In this document: positions 1 to 13,502 of the stretch, piece after piece | How positions within the stretch are numbered: the stretch's first letter is position 1 | Layout of the letters: each line of letters opens with the position of its first letter | Source of the DNA: an uncultured Pseudomonadota bacterium | GTDB lineage: Bacteria; Oederibacteriota; Muellerivitia; Muellerivitales; Muellerivitaceae | Length of the DNA: 64,000 bases | Assembly (NCBI GenBank): GCA_963836235.1 | Contig: CAWIIP010000001.1 | Span: 1-64,000, forward strand | Reading direction: 5' to 3' | Translations under genes and position numbers: made by a program | Notes under the pieces: model-generated | Seen by the model: only the letters and a program-made list of their open reading frames with translations | Database searches by the model: none | What the model was told of the DNA's origin: nothing

Positions 1-729
1 CAAGAGGAGTGGAGAAAAATTCGCGGGAAGGAAATAGGGATGATTTTCCAAGAACCCTTTACTTCCCTAAATCCGGTCATTGCGGTAGGGAAAGCAATTG
101 TCGGAGACCTTAAAAGTTCACTTGGGGTTTACGAACGTGGAAATTCACAATAAGGTTACCGCCTTATTAACCGAAGTGGGATTGCCCGATCCGGAAAGGA
201 TTATGCGCAATATCCCCACCAGCTATCAGGCGGCATGTGCCAGCGAATCATGATCGCTATGGCTCTTGCTTGCGGTCCCTCTCTTCTTATCGCGGATGAG
301 CCAACAACGGCCTTGGATATTACAGTCCAAACACAGGTTTTGGAGCTTTTGTTCAGAATGACGGAGCAGTATCGTTTAGCGGTTTTATTTATTACTCATG
401 ATCTTCGAATTGTCAGGGATCACGCCGACCGGGTAGCGATTTTGTATTTAGGACAGGTAGTGGAAGAAGGAACGCCTAGCGAGTTATTTGGTCATCCTCA
501 ACATCCTTACACGGAGGGGTTGTTGGCCTCCTTGCCGGAATTTTCACAGAAGGGGAATGAGCTTTTTAGTATTCGCGGGATAGTGCCGTCTCCTTTTGAA
601 GTTATTACCGGTTGCGCTTTTGCCGATAGATGTCCAAAGGCGGATACGAAATGTTTTATGGAAAAACCTCTGCTTAGTGAACCAGTCAAAGGACATCACG
701 TTCGATGCTTTTATCCGTCCAAAAGATAA
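1..729 (+). CDS. oppD: Oligopeptide/dipeptide ABC transporter ATP-binding subunit (OppD/DppD), 5'-truncated by the window, with two compensating indels (~91-93 and ~209-210)
   Basis: Frame 1 from base 1 reads [25 protein letters not shown]. After a shift it reads [11 protein letters not shown]...[12 protein letters not shown], then returns to [33 protein letters not shown] and a Cys-rich C-terminal oligopeptide-ABC tail. Confidence 0.9.
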
Positions 730-1649
730 CCAAGTATTTTCCGATCCAACGCGGATTGTTGGGAAAGCCCATGGCTTATGTGAAGGCGGTAGATGAGATC
801 TCATTTGAACTGGAAGTAGGCCAAATTGTCGGCGTGGTGGGAGAATCAGGTTGCGGGAAAAGCACCCTGGGTCGGTGCGTTGCGGGTCTCCATGAACCGA
901 CTAAAGGGCGTGTTCTATGGCATGGCATTGATAGAAAGGAAATGAAGGCCAAGGAAAAACGTGGATTTCAAAGAAAGTTTCAAATGGTCTTTCAAAATCC
1001 GTTCGCTTCTTTGAACCCGCGACAAAAAATCAAAGATATTCTGTTGGAACCATTGGAAGTACATGGCCTAATGAAGTTGTCCGAAAGGCCCGGCTTTGTT
1101 GAAGAATTGTTGGAGAAGGTAGGCTTGTCAGAACAAGACCTAAAAAAATATCCTCATGAATTTTCCGGAGGACAACGGCAAAGAATAGGTTTGGCCCGTG
1201 CCGTGGCCTGCAAACCTGATTTGATCGTTTTAGACGAACCCGTATCATCCCTGGATGTGTCAGTCCAGGCGTCCATCTTGAATTTACTATCTCGATTGAA
1301 TAGCGAAATGAAAATTAGCTATTTGTTTATTTCGCACGACTTGCAAGTAGTCGGCTATCTTAGCCAACGGGTCCTAGTAATGTATTTGGGGAAAGTAGTA
1401 GAGGCGGGTGAAACAAATAAGGTGCTTGAGAGTCCCCGTCACCCCTACACGAAGACATTACTGGCGGCAACTGCAGGTAAAAGGATCGAAATCGTTGGGG
1501 AACCACCTAATCCCGCGAATATTCCTTCTGGTTGTTCTTTTCACCCTCGGTGTCCCTATGTTGAAGGCCGTTGTAGGAGTGAAAAACAAGCCATAACTGA
1601 CCATGAAAATACATGGAAAGTGGCTTGTTGGAAATGGGATCGGCTTTGA
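705..1649 (+). CDS. oppF: Oligopeptide/dipeptide ABC transporter ATP-binding subunit (OppF/DppF)
   Basis: Walker A GESGCGKST, FQNPFASLNPR, signature FSGGQRQR, Walker B IVLDEP, HPYT, GCSFHPRCP tail; overlaps oppD. Confidence 0.92.
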   Translation: MLLSVQKITKYFPIQRGLLGKPMAYVKAVDEISFELEVGQIVGVVGESGCGKSTLGRCVAGLHEPTKGRVLWHGIDRKEMKAKEKRGFQRKFQMVFQNPFASLNPRQKIKDILLEPLEVHGLMKLSERPGFVEELLEKVGLSEQDLKKYPHEFSGGQRQRIGLARAVACKPDLIVLDEPVSSLDVSVQASILNLLSRLNSEMKISYLFISHDLQVVGYLSQRVLVMYLGKVVEAGETNKVLESPRHPYTKTLLAATAGKRIEIVGEPPNPANIPSGCSFHPRCPYVEGRCRSEKQAITDHENTWKVACWKWDRL

Positions 1650-1802
1650 AGAATTTTTGTTTGAAAGGTATTTGAGAAAAGGGCCGGTTTTTAAGGTATA
1701 ATTTATTTGTAACGAATAAAGACCTGCCCGTCTTCAGCGGATGATCCCAAACATTAAAAACTCAAAATTTTCGAAATTTATTAATTAAATTACGAGGTGA
1801 GC

Positions 1803-3170
1803 ATGAAAACCTTAATTGTGAATCCACCAACCTGTACTGGAATGAAATATATCCGGGAGGGTCGTTGTGAACAAAGATTGAATTCCTTTCAGTATGTAAT
1901 GGTGCCTATCTCTTTGCCCATGATTGCTGGGGCTTTGGAAGTCATGAAACATGAAGTGAAGGTTTTGGATTGTATTGCCAATGACATAGATGTCGAAGGT
2001 CTTAAAAAAGCTGTTCAGGAATTTAATCCCGCCTTCGTTCTATTTAATATGTCAACTGCTACTTCCTCAAGCGATCTCCAAGTGATTGATGTGATTCGAC
2101 AGGTAAGCAAAGCGCATTTTACTGTTATAGGGAATCACGCTACTTCTTTGCCTGAGGAGGTGTTGAAGGCTTGCTCTCTGGACTCGGTCATTCGGCGGGA
2201 ACCGGAATTAACGGCCCAAGATTTGGTGGATGCGATTGAAAAGGGTAGGGATCTTATAAAGGTTTTGGGCATTTCCTATAAAAGAGCTGATGGAACCATT
2301 GTACATAATGAAGATAGACCTTTTAATGAAAACTTGGACGATCTACCCTTTGCAGCAAGGCATTTGATGGATAATGCAAAATACACTCTTCCTGTCATTA
2401 ATGAACCTTATACGCTGATTATTACCAGCCGTGGGTGCCCTTATTCTTGCATTTATTGTACGGCTCATCAGTATTACGGAAAAAAGCTTCGCCTCCGAAG
2501 CGCGGAAAATGTTGTGGATGAAATGCAGGAATGTCTGGAAAAGCATTCGATCCGTAATTTCACCATGTGGTCTGATACATTCAATCAGAACAAAAAATTC
2601 GTGATGGAAGTTTGCGCCGAACTAAAAAAACGAGGCTTGGATAAAAAAATCCGCTGGATGGCCAATAGCCGGGTTGATCATGTAGATAAGGAAGTGTTGC
2701 GTGAAATGAGATCTTCCGGTTGCATTGGCGTTTCTTACGGTGTCGAATCAGGAGTAGATGAAATACTTGAAAATATGAAGAAGGGTGCGACGGCTGAACA
2801 AGCGAGGGTAGCTGTGAAATTAACAAAAGAAGCTGGAATTGAAGTTTTGACCCATATTATTTTTGGCCTTCCGGGGGACACGCCCGAAACCATTAATCAA
2901 ACAATCCGGTATGTAAAAGAAATGGATCCGGATTACGCCCAATTTTATTGCGCCATTCCTTTCCCGAAAACGGAACTAGAAGAAATGGGCAAGAAAAACG
3001 GCTGGATAACAACCGAAGATTATGCAAAATATGAGCTGAATCACCCAATTTTAAACCTTCCGACCTTGTCCATGGAACAATTGCAAGAAGCCCGGAACAG
3101 GGCTTATAGGGAGTTTTATTTGCGCCCCAGCTATATTTTCAAAACGATTACGAAAGATCAAAGAGTTTGA
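1803..3170 (+). CDS. B12-binding-domain radical SAM protein; the true C-terminus probably extends to ~3310
   Basis: N-terminal cobalamin-binding-like region, SRGCPYSCIYC (CxxxCxxC), GVESG, FGLPGDT. RBS GAGGTG precedes ATG 1803. Removing two extra As at ~3153-3162 gives TKIKSLKDLVTNYRQAKDFISSW... ending at TAA 3308-3310. Confidence 0.85.
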   Translation: MKTLIVNPPTCTGMKYIREGRCEQRLNSFQYVMVPISLPMIAGALEVMKHEVKVLDCIANDIDVEGLKKAVQEFNPAFVLFNMSTATSSSDLQVIDVIRQVSKAHFTVIGNHATSLPEEVLKACSLDSVIRREPELTAQDLVDAIEKGRDLIKVLGISYKRADGTIVHNEDRPFNENLDDLPFAARHLMDNAKYTLPVINEPYTLIITSRGCPYSCIYCTAHQYYGKKLRLRSAENVVDEMQECLEKHSIRNFTMWSDTFNQNKKFVMEVCAELKKRGLDKKIRWMANSRVDHVDKEVLREMRSSGCIGVSYGVESGVDEILENMKKGATAEQARVAVKLTKEAGIEVLTHIIFGLPGDTPETINQTIRYVKEMDPDYAQFYCAIPFPKTELEEMGKKNGWITTEDYAKYELNHPILNLPTLSMEQLQEARNRAYREFYLRPSYIFKTITKDQRV

Positions 3171-3341
3171 AGGATTTGGTCACCAATTATCGTCAGGCTA
3201 AAGATTTTATTTCGAGCTGGATATCACAATCTTCGACTGAAAAAACACCCGATTTCAAGGGTTTCCCAGATACCGGTGGCCCAGACCTCTGCAACCCCAT
3301 TAGGCCATAAAATTTAGTTAAATTAAATACTTAATTATTTG

Positions 3342-3370
3342 TTGACAGTGATTGGGGGTTTTAGTATAAA
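3342..3370 (+). promoter_or_regulatory. Sigma70-type rRNA operon promoter
   Basis: TTGACA (3342-3347), 17-nt spacer, TATAAA (3365-3370); AT-rich UP-like tract upstream and GC-rich discriminator downstream. Confidence 0.8.
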
Positions 3371-3555
3371 TACACCCCCGGGCCACTAAGGCTTGTGGCC
3401 TGCTTCCCATGTTGGAAGAGATGTTCTTTGAAGTGATAAATCCAACTAACAATCGGATGAAAAGTCTATTCTCGATTGCGCTGCTTATCGCAGCGGTGAG
3501 TTTTGTTGTCTCTACTCACCCCTGGGGTAAGCATCGAATGGATGCTTGTCGTTAT

Positions 3556-3582
3556 TGGTCTTTGAAAACTAAATAGTGCATA
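3556..3582 (+). promoter_or_regulatory. boxA-like antiterminator and 5' arm of the 16S processing stem
   Basis: TGGTCTTTGAAA is boxA-like. AAAACTAAATAGTGCATA (3565-3582) is complementary to TATGCGCTATTTAGTTTT (5268-5285) with one G-U pair. Confidence 0.75.
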
Positions 3583-3640
3583 CGAAACAAGTTTGGGTGC
3601 TTGTCAAAAGTAGTTTGAGTTGTTAGAGCCTCAAAGTCTT

Positions 3641-5191
<1,551 letters not shown>

Positions 5192-5367
5192 TGGAGACCA
5201 TGGATAGAGTAACCCTTTTTGAAGGGCTAGCTCTTATCCGTAACTCCAAGTGGATACCTAAACGAGTTATGCGCTATTTAGTTTTGAAGGGCCAATTCGA
5301 TTTGGTTCTTTCAACAATTTGATGTTGTGTTTTTGGGTTAAAGTCGTGGCCTCCGCCAAACTGGATT

Positions 5368-5444
5368 GGGCCTATAGCTCAGTTGGTTAGAGCGCGCCCC
5401 TGATAAGGGCGAGGTGACTGGTTCGACTCCAGTTAGGCCCACCA
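5368..5444 (+). tRNA. tRNA-Ile(GAT)
   Basis: GGGCCTA/TAGGCCC acceptor stem, anticodon loop CTGATAA, GGTTCGACT T-loop, encoded CCA; located in the 16S-23S spacer. Confidence 0.97.
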
Positions 5445-5478
5445 TCTTTAGGTGTGGGCTGACTGAGATGTTGGGCGG

Positions 5479-5554
5479 GGGGATGTAGCTCAGTTGGGAG
5501 AGCACCTGCTTTGCAAGCAGGGGGTCACCGGTTCGATCCCGGTCATCTCCACCA
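5479..5554 (+). tRNA. tRNA-Ala(TGC)
   Basis: GGGGATG/CATCTCC acceptor stem with G3-U70, anticodon loop TTTGCAA, GGTTCGATC, encoded CCA. Confidence 0.97.
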
Positions 5555-5691
5555 ATTTGGGTAAGGGTGATCGACGAAAATAAAAGCTGCATGAATCTTT
5601 TGAGATTCGAAGGATTCGTGAAGCTTTTTCTGTCGTAAGACGGAAGCTTCTTCCGACCGAATTGGCGGATCCGACCCTTCGGGGGCGGGGT

Positions 5692-5721
5692 TGTTCTTTG
5701 ACAAACGATAGAAATACTACT
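5692..5721 (+). promoter_or_regulatory. Spacer boxA and 5' arm of the 23S processing stem
   Basis: TGTTCTTTGACA is boxA-like. AACGATAGAAATACTACT (5704-5721) is the exact reverse complement of AGTAGTATTTCTATCGTT (8857-8874). Confidence 0.8.
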
Positions 5722-5777
5722 ATTAAGCTGAACCGAGTGCATTAGTAAGATTCTTATGCGGTGGCGAAGAAGCATGT

Positions 5778-8810
<3,033 letters not shown>

Positions 8811-8920
8811 TATGTTTCATTTCCATCGCATCTTCTATCGCACTTCGGTTCAAGAAAGTAGTATTTCTATCGTTGAATTTATATCCAATGCTGTGATAAA
8901 CAGTAATTGTGATCGTTGTT

Positions 8921-9037
<117 letters not shown>

Positions 9038-9047
9038 TTTTTAAATG

Positions 9048-9083
9048 AACCCGACCCTTCGAAAGAGGGGCCGGGTTTTTTAT
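9048..9083 (+). terminator. Intrinsic terminator of the rrn operon, between convergent units
   Basis: AACCCGACCCTTC-GAAA-GAGGGGCCGGGTT hairpin followed by a T tract. Confidence 0.75.
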
Positions 9084-11203
9084 TTGGGGGCAGATAGCAG
9101 GGCCACCCAACTCCGGCGGGCATTGTCATTCTTTGGGTCCAAGGCCAGCGCTTTTTGTAGGCATTTCAAAGATTTTTCAGAAAACCCGGCGATTTCATAT
9201 TCGGTGCCAGCATTTTCATAATCCCCTGCGGCCGCGCTTTTTTTCCCGAAATGAAGATTTCCATCGCCTCGCCCAGACCATTCTTCGGCCAGCCATGGGT
9301 CTTCGTGAATGAGTTCCAGCGCTCTGCGATCAAGCAAATCCCAGTTGGTGCTATCGTTGTGAAGCAGCAAATACTGGGCCATATTCAAATAAGGATGAGC
9401 GCAAAGTTCCAAAAAGAGACCGTTGATAGGGTTCTTGGAACGGTTTGGGAAAATAAGATGTCTAACCCAAAATTCATCCAAAAGGTTTATCGCATTTCCG
9501 GATGACCGGTTTTCGTGAGGGGGATGGATCCGGACCGTTAGTCCTTCGGGTTGAAAGGACATGAAAAGGTTATGCCTTAAGTACATTTTCGCGAAGGGGC
9601 CATTGGGGAAAGCGCAGTAGAGAGGGGTGCTGGCCGGAAGGTTCGCGAGCGTGTGAAAAAAAACAGCCTGACCCGATAAGTTTGCGGACGGCAGGGCTTT
9701 AAGGTGTTGATCTCGTTGGAGAAGAGCATATTGGTAATCTTTTGATAAAAAGGGGACCAGGAGCAAACACACATCGTTCCGTTTGCGTTCGACCGCTGTT
9801 AAATAAAGGAGCGAAAAATAATCGTAATCCGATTCGGCAAAATAAAGGGCATTTTTCCCCATCGATTTCATGAGCCCGATGCCGTAACTGTGAAATAAGA
9901 ATTCGGTTCTCTGGTCGTTCGCCGATAAATTGTCAAGAAGGCTGGAAATCGGGAAGAAGCATAATAAAAATGTTCCTAAGACAACAGGCATGGTTTGGTT
10001 TCGCCACCGGGAGAACTGTTCAAGGAAAAAGGTAAACAGAAAACTTATTCCGATGGAGGACAGCAGTGCAGTGACCCAGTTCATCGTTAGCAAGTGATCG
10101 TCGAGGTGCCAGTATTCAATGGGAAGCACTTGTAGGTATAGCAGGTTGGCCACCAGGGTTGTTAACAAGATCAGAAGGAGAAAAAGCAAATCCGGCTTTC
10201 GTCCTTGTTTCAAAAATCCCCAAACCCCCACAACCGATAGGAGAAGAAACCCAAGGTTAAACTCGCCCAGAAAATGATTAGAAATATAAATGGCTTTTTT
10301 CTGAATGGTGGAAAGGGCTGTTGGCATAAAGGAAGCCAGGGTTTCTACTTTGCTATAATCGGCCCTCAGTATGGAACCAATAAAACGGTAGAAGGTGAAG
10401 GGGGCGCCAAAATTTAAGAGGGGGTATAAACATGAACGAAGAGGCAAATAAAGGTAAAGACTAGCGACGACAAGAGAAAGGGCAAGGCAAATGAGTATTT
10501 TTTTCCATCGAGGGACTTGAAAGGCTTTAGCTCCACCGTTATCAAGATGAGCATAGGCCAACAGGCCTAATCCCGGGATTAATAACATTTGTGTCGGCCA
10601 GTGATTAATGAATCCCAGGGAAAAGACGAAGATGGTGAGCAATAAAAGTTTACTGATTGAAAAATATTTTCGAGGTTCCTTGATTTGAGCCCACTCTTGG
10701 AGACAAAGCAAAAGGCTCAGTTCCAGCACGATTTGCAGAACGTAGATGCTTCCCTTTGCCGCCAAAGAGGCGCTCCAGTAACTTTTGGAAAAAGCAAAAG
10801 AGAAGGCGCCCACCAAGCACGCCGTCAGACGGGGGATGCGGCCGATATTATTTTTTTGGAAAAGTGCAAAACCATTAGATGAAATCCATAGGTTGGCCGC
10901 AAGCAGGCAAACTCCCAAGGTTCCTAAAAGCGCTGAAAAAAAGTTGAGGGTCATGGCTGGATTGCCGATTTGAATCCAAGAAAAAAAGTGTCCTAAAAGA
11001 GTGTGTAATGGATAACTGGGGGGGTGTGATATACCTAATGTCACGCATGCGGTAATCGTTTCCGGGGAGTCGTTTCGAAACAGGGATGGATTGAGGGTCG
11101 AGGTATAAACGGCGAAAACTGTCAGGGAAATGGTTGGGAAAACCCAAAAGGGGGGATTGGTTTTTCCAGGGGCAGGAAGAGCCGTGTTTTTTTTACCGGG
11201 CAA
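9080..11203 (-). CDS. DUF2723/TMEM260-like GT-C membrane glycosyltransferase with C-terminal TPR
   Basis: NDSPE...LGISHPPSYPL is a variant of the DUF2723 GDSGE/HPPGYP motifs; YLYLPLRS; many TM helices; C-terminal LQKALALDPKNDNAR TPR. TTG start uncertain. Confidence 0.75.
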   Translation of the reverse strand: MPGKKNTALPAPGKTNPPFWVFPTISLTVFAVYTSTLNPSLFRNDSPETITACVTLGISHPPSYPLHTLLGHFFSWIQIGNPAMTLNFFSALLGTLGVCLLAANLWISSNGFALFQKNNIGRIPRLTACLVGAFSFAFSKSYWSASLAAKGSIYVLQIVLELSLLLCLQEWAQIKEPRKYFSISKLLLLTIFVFSLGFINHWPTQMLLIPGLGLLAYAHLDNGGAKAFQVPRWKKILICLALSLVVASLYLYLPLRSCLYPLLNFGAPFTFYRFIGSILRADYSKVETLASFMPTALSTIQKKAIYISNHFLGEFNLGFLLLSVVGVWGFLKQGRKPDLLFLLLILLTTLVANLLYLQVLPIEYWHLDDHLLTMNWVTALLSSIGISFLFTFFLEQFSRWRNQTMPVVLGTFLLCFFPISSLLDNLSANDQRTEFLFHSYGIGLMKSMGKNALYFAESDYDYFSLLYLTAVERKRNDVCLLLVPFLSKDYQYALLQRDQHLKALPSANLSGQAVFFHTLANLPASTPLYCAFPNGPFAKMYLRHNLFMSFQPEGLTVRIHPPHENRSSGNAINLLDEFWVRHLIFPNRSKNPINGLFLELCAHPYLNMAQYLLLHNDSTNWDLLDRRALELIHEDPWLAEEWSGRGDGNLHFGKKSAAAGDYENAGTEYEIAGFSEKSLKCLQKALALDPKNDNARRSWVALLSAPK

Positions 11204-11277
11204 TAGGGACCGCTTTTTCGGAGATTGGAATAGAATAGTTCTATTGAATTTTAGTCTATTGGAAGTTGGATTTTGAA

Positions 11278-11412
11278 ATGAAAAAGCTAAAACCGAAGAA
11301 AATCCGGAAGGTCTGGGGCATTAAACCACAATCCCGAATCCATAAATCCACTAAGCGAAAAATGCTGGACAGGATCAAAAATCAGGACATCCAGAAGGAT
11401 TTAGAGCCTTGA
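11278..11412 (+). CDS. Small basic protein, 44 aa (MKKLKPKKIRKVWGIKPQSRIHKSTKRKMLDRIKNQDIQKDLEP)
   Basis: ATG 11278 to TGA 11410-11412 in an otherwise empty intergenic region; strongly Lys/Arg-rich; below the ORF-track cutoff. Confidence 0.6.
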   Translation: MKKLKPKKIRKVWGIKPQSRIHKSTKRKMLDRIKNQDIQKDLEP

Positions 11413-11461
11413 ATTTGCTTTGACAGGAAATTTTGGTTTCCTGATTAGAATCTCACCAAAA

Positions 11462-11477
11462 CATGACAAAGATCATG
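11462..11477. promoter_or_regulatory. Crp/Fnr-family-like palindromic site upstream of korA
   Basis: CATGA-CAAAGA-TCATG, with a TGA-N6-TCA core. Confidence 0.4.
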
Positions 11478-11633
11478 GCTTCTGAGGATATCCAGCATAA
11501 GGTTTAAGCGTAGTTTGGATAGATTTATGTATTTAAGGTGGGGCTTAATCGAATTGTTTTTTGCTTTGGAAACCATTATATTTTAGGCTATGTCGAATCG
11601 TTTTAGGGCTGATTTTTCCTCCAGGAGATAAAA

Positions 11634-13502
11634 ATGAAAGTTGTGAATGAAGTCAATTGGATGATTGGTGGACCGCAAGGAACAGGCGTTGATTCCTCGG
11701 CCAACTTATTTTCCCAAGCCTGCGCGACTGCTGGTTTATGGATTTTTGGAAAACGCGAATATCATTCCAATATTAAGGGAAAGCATAGTTATTTCCAAGT
11801 TCGTGTATCTGACAAACCCATTCACAGTCACGTGGATGATGTACATATTCTTGCCACTTTTGAAGATTCAACCGCTCGTCTTCATGCCCATGAAGTTGTT
11901 AAGGGTGGAGCCCTTATTTATGATCCAACAAAAATTACTCTTGATGATTTAAATCTGAAATCGGGAGTTATTACCTTACCTATTGATTTCAATTCGGTCA
12001 TTCGCCATGTGGCTGAAGTGACGGGGATGGAGTATGGAACGCTTTCGCTCATGAAAAATACCATCGCCGTTGCGGCATCGATGGCTCTATTGCGGATGGA
12101 TATGTCCCATGTGGAAGAGACCTTATCCCGCATATATACCGGAAGAAAAGCCAAATTGGTCGCTCCAAACGTGGTGGCTTCTAAAAAAGCCTATGAGGCG
12201 GTGGATGCCCTTCCGGACGAGATGCACGACCAGTTTCCCTATCATTTGGAACCCCAAAAGAATACGCCCAAGCGCCTTTTAATCAACGGCGCTCAAGCCA
12301 ACTCCCTGGGAAAATTAAAAGCAGGTTGTCGTTACCAATCTTATTACCCTATTAGTCCAGCTACTGATGAAAGCAATTACTTGGAAAGCCACCCGGAATA
12401 TGGCATCGCGGTGGTTCAGTGCGAGGATGAAATCGCCGCTATTGATATGGCTTTAGGCGCTGCCACCACGGGTGTGCGCGCTTCCACGGCCACCTCGGGG
12501 CCCGGTTTTTGCTTAATGGCGGAGGGTTTGGGCTGGGGCGGAATGAATGAAGTTCCCATCGTTCTTTTCGATTATCAGCGCGGTGGTCCTTCAACAGGGT
12601 TACCCACACGTCATGAACAAGGTGATTTGATGTTCGCTACATTTGGTGGGCATGGAGAATATCCAAGATTAGTTATGGCTCCCTCCACTATTAACGACCA
12701 TTTCCATCTGGCTTTCGAGTCTTTCAATTATGCCGATAAATTCCAGACTCCCGTTGTTATTTTGAACGACAAGTTTTTGACCCACAGCCTTGAGACGATA
12801 CCCCCGTTCAAAGAAGACAATTTAGTGATTGATCGGGGTCGTTTAGCCTCGCCTCAGGAATTGGAAGCCGCCATCGCCGATGGTAAGGGCTTTCCACGTT
12901 TTCGACCTGACGCTAAATCCCTTGTTTCGGCTCGCCCTTATCCTGGTCAGGAGGGAAGCCCCTATTGGATGACCGGTGACGAGCATGATGACTATGGTCA
13001 CATCACGGAAAACCCCGAGACGCGAATGAAAATGCATGAGAAACGTATGGGAAAATACAAGCTTATGTTGGAACAGATTCCCGAAGACCGACAGTTCAGC
13101 TTGAACGGTGATTCAAATGCCGACATCACATTGGTTTGTTGGGGAACCACTTTTGGAGTGCTGGAAGACGCCCTTCCGATGCTTAGGGAAAAGAGAATCA
13201 AGGCCAACTTCCTGCATATAAGGATGTTGAACCCATTTCCGATTGCCAGTGAGAAAATTTTGAAGAAAGCCAAAAAACTGGTTATTGTGGAAAACAACTG
13301 GGGAACTCAACTGGGTCATTTGATCCGGATGAGCACGGGGATTTTTATTTCCGCCCAAGTTGTCAAATATACGGGTCGTCCCATGTCACTTGATGAAATC
13401 GTCAGATCAATTGAGAAAATTCACAAAAAAGAAGTTACGTCGGAAGTGGATCCACTTACCGGACAGTCTATAGAAAAGGTGGTGCTGACCTATGGTCTCT
13501 AA
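11634..13502 (+). CDS. korA: 2-oxoacid:ferredoxin oxidoreductase alpha subunit (fused gamma-alpha)
   Basis: IGGPQGTGV, EYHSNIKG, YYPISPA, QCEDEIAA, ATSGPGFCLM, QRGGPSTGLPT; AGGAG RBS. Confidence 0.92.
   Translation: MKVVNEVNWMIGGPQGTGVDSSANLFSQACATAGLWIFGKREYHSNIKGKHSYFQVRVSDKPIHSHVDDVHILATFEDSTARLHAHEVVKGGALIYDPTKITLDDLNLKSGVITLPIDFNSVIRHVAEVTGMEYGTLSLMKNTIAVAASMALLRMDMSHVEETLSRIYTGRKAKLVAPNVVASKKAYEAVDALPDEMHDQFPYHLEPQKNTPKRLLINGAQANSLGKLKAGCRYQSYYPISPATDESNYLESHPEYGIAVVQCEDEIAAIDMALGAATTGVRASTATSGPGFCLMAEGLGWGGMNEVPIVLFDYQRGGPSTGLPTRHEQGDLMFATFGGHGEYPRLVMAPSTINDHFHLAFESFNYADKFQTPVVILNDKFLTHSLETIPPFKEDNLVIDRGRLASPQELEAAIADGKGFPRFRPDAKSLVSARPYPGQEGSPYWMTGDEHDDYGHITENPETRMKMHEKRMGKYKLMLEQIPEDRQFSLNGDSNADITLVCWGTTFGVLEDALPMLREKRIKANFLHIRMLNPFPIASEKILKKAKKLVIVENNWGTQLGHLIRMSTGIFISAQVVKYTGRPMSLDEIVRSIEKIHKKEVTSEVDPLTGQSIEKVVLTYGL

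Noticed and set aside
1650-1802. Cobalamin or SAM riboswitch upstream of the B12 radical SAM gene
   Set aside because: The spacer is AT-rich, with no B12-box or SAM consensus.
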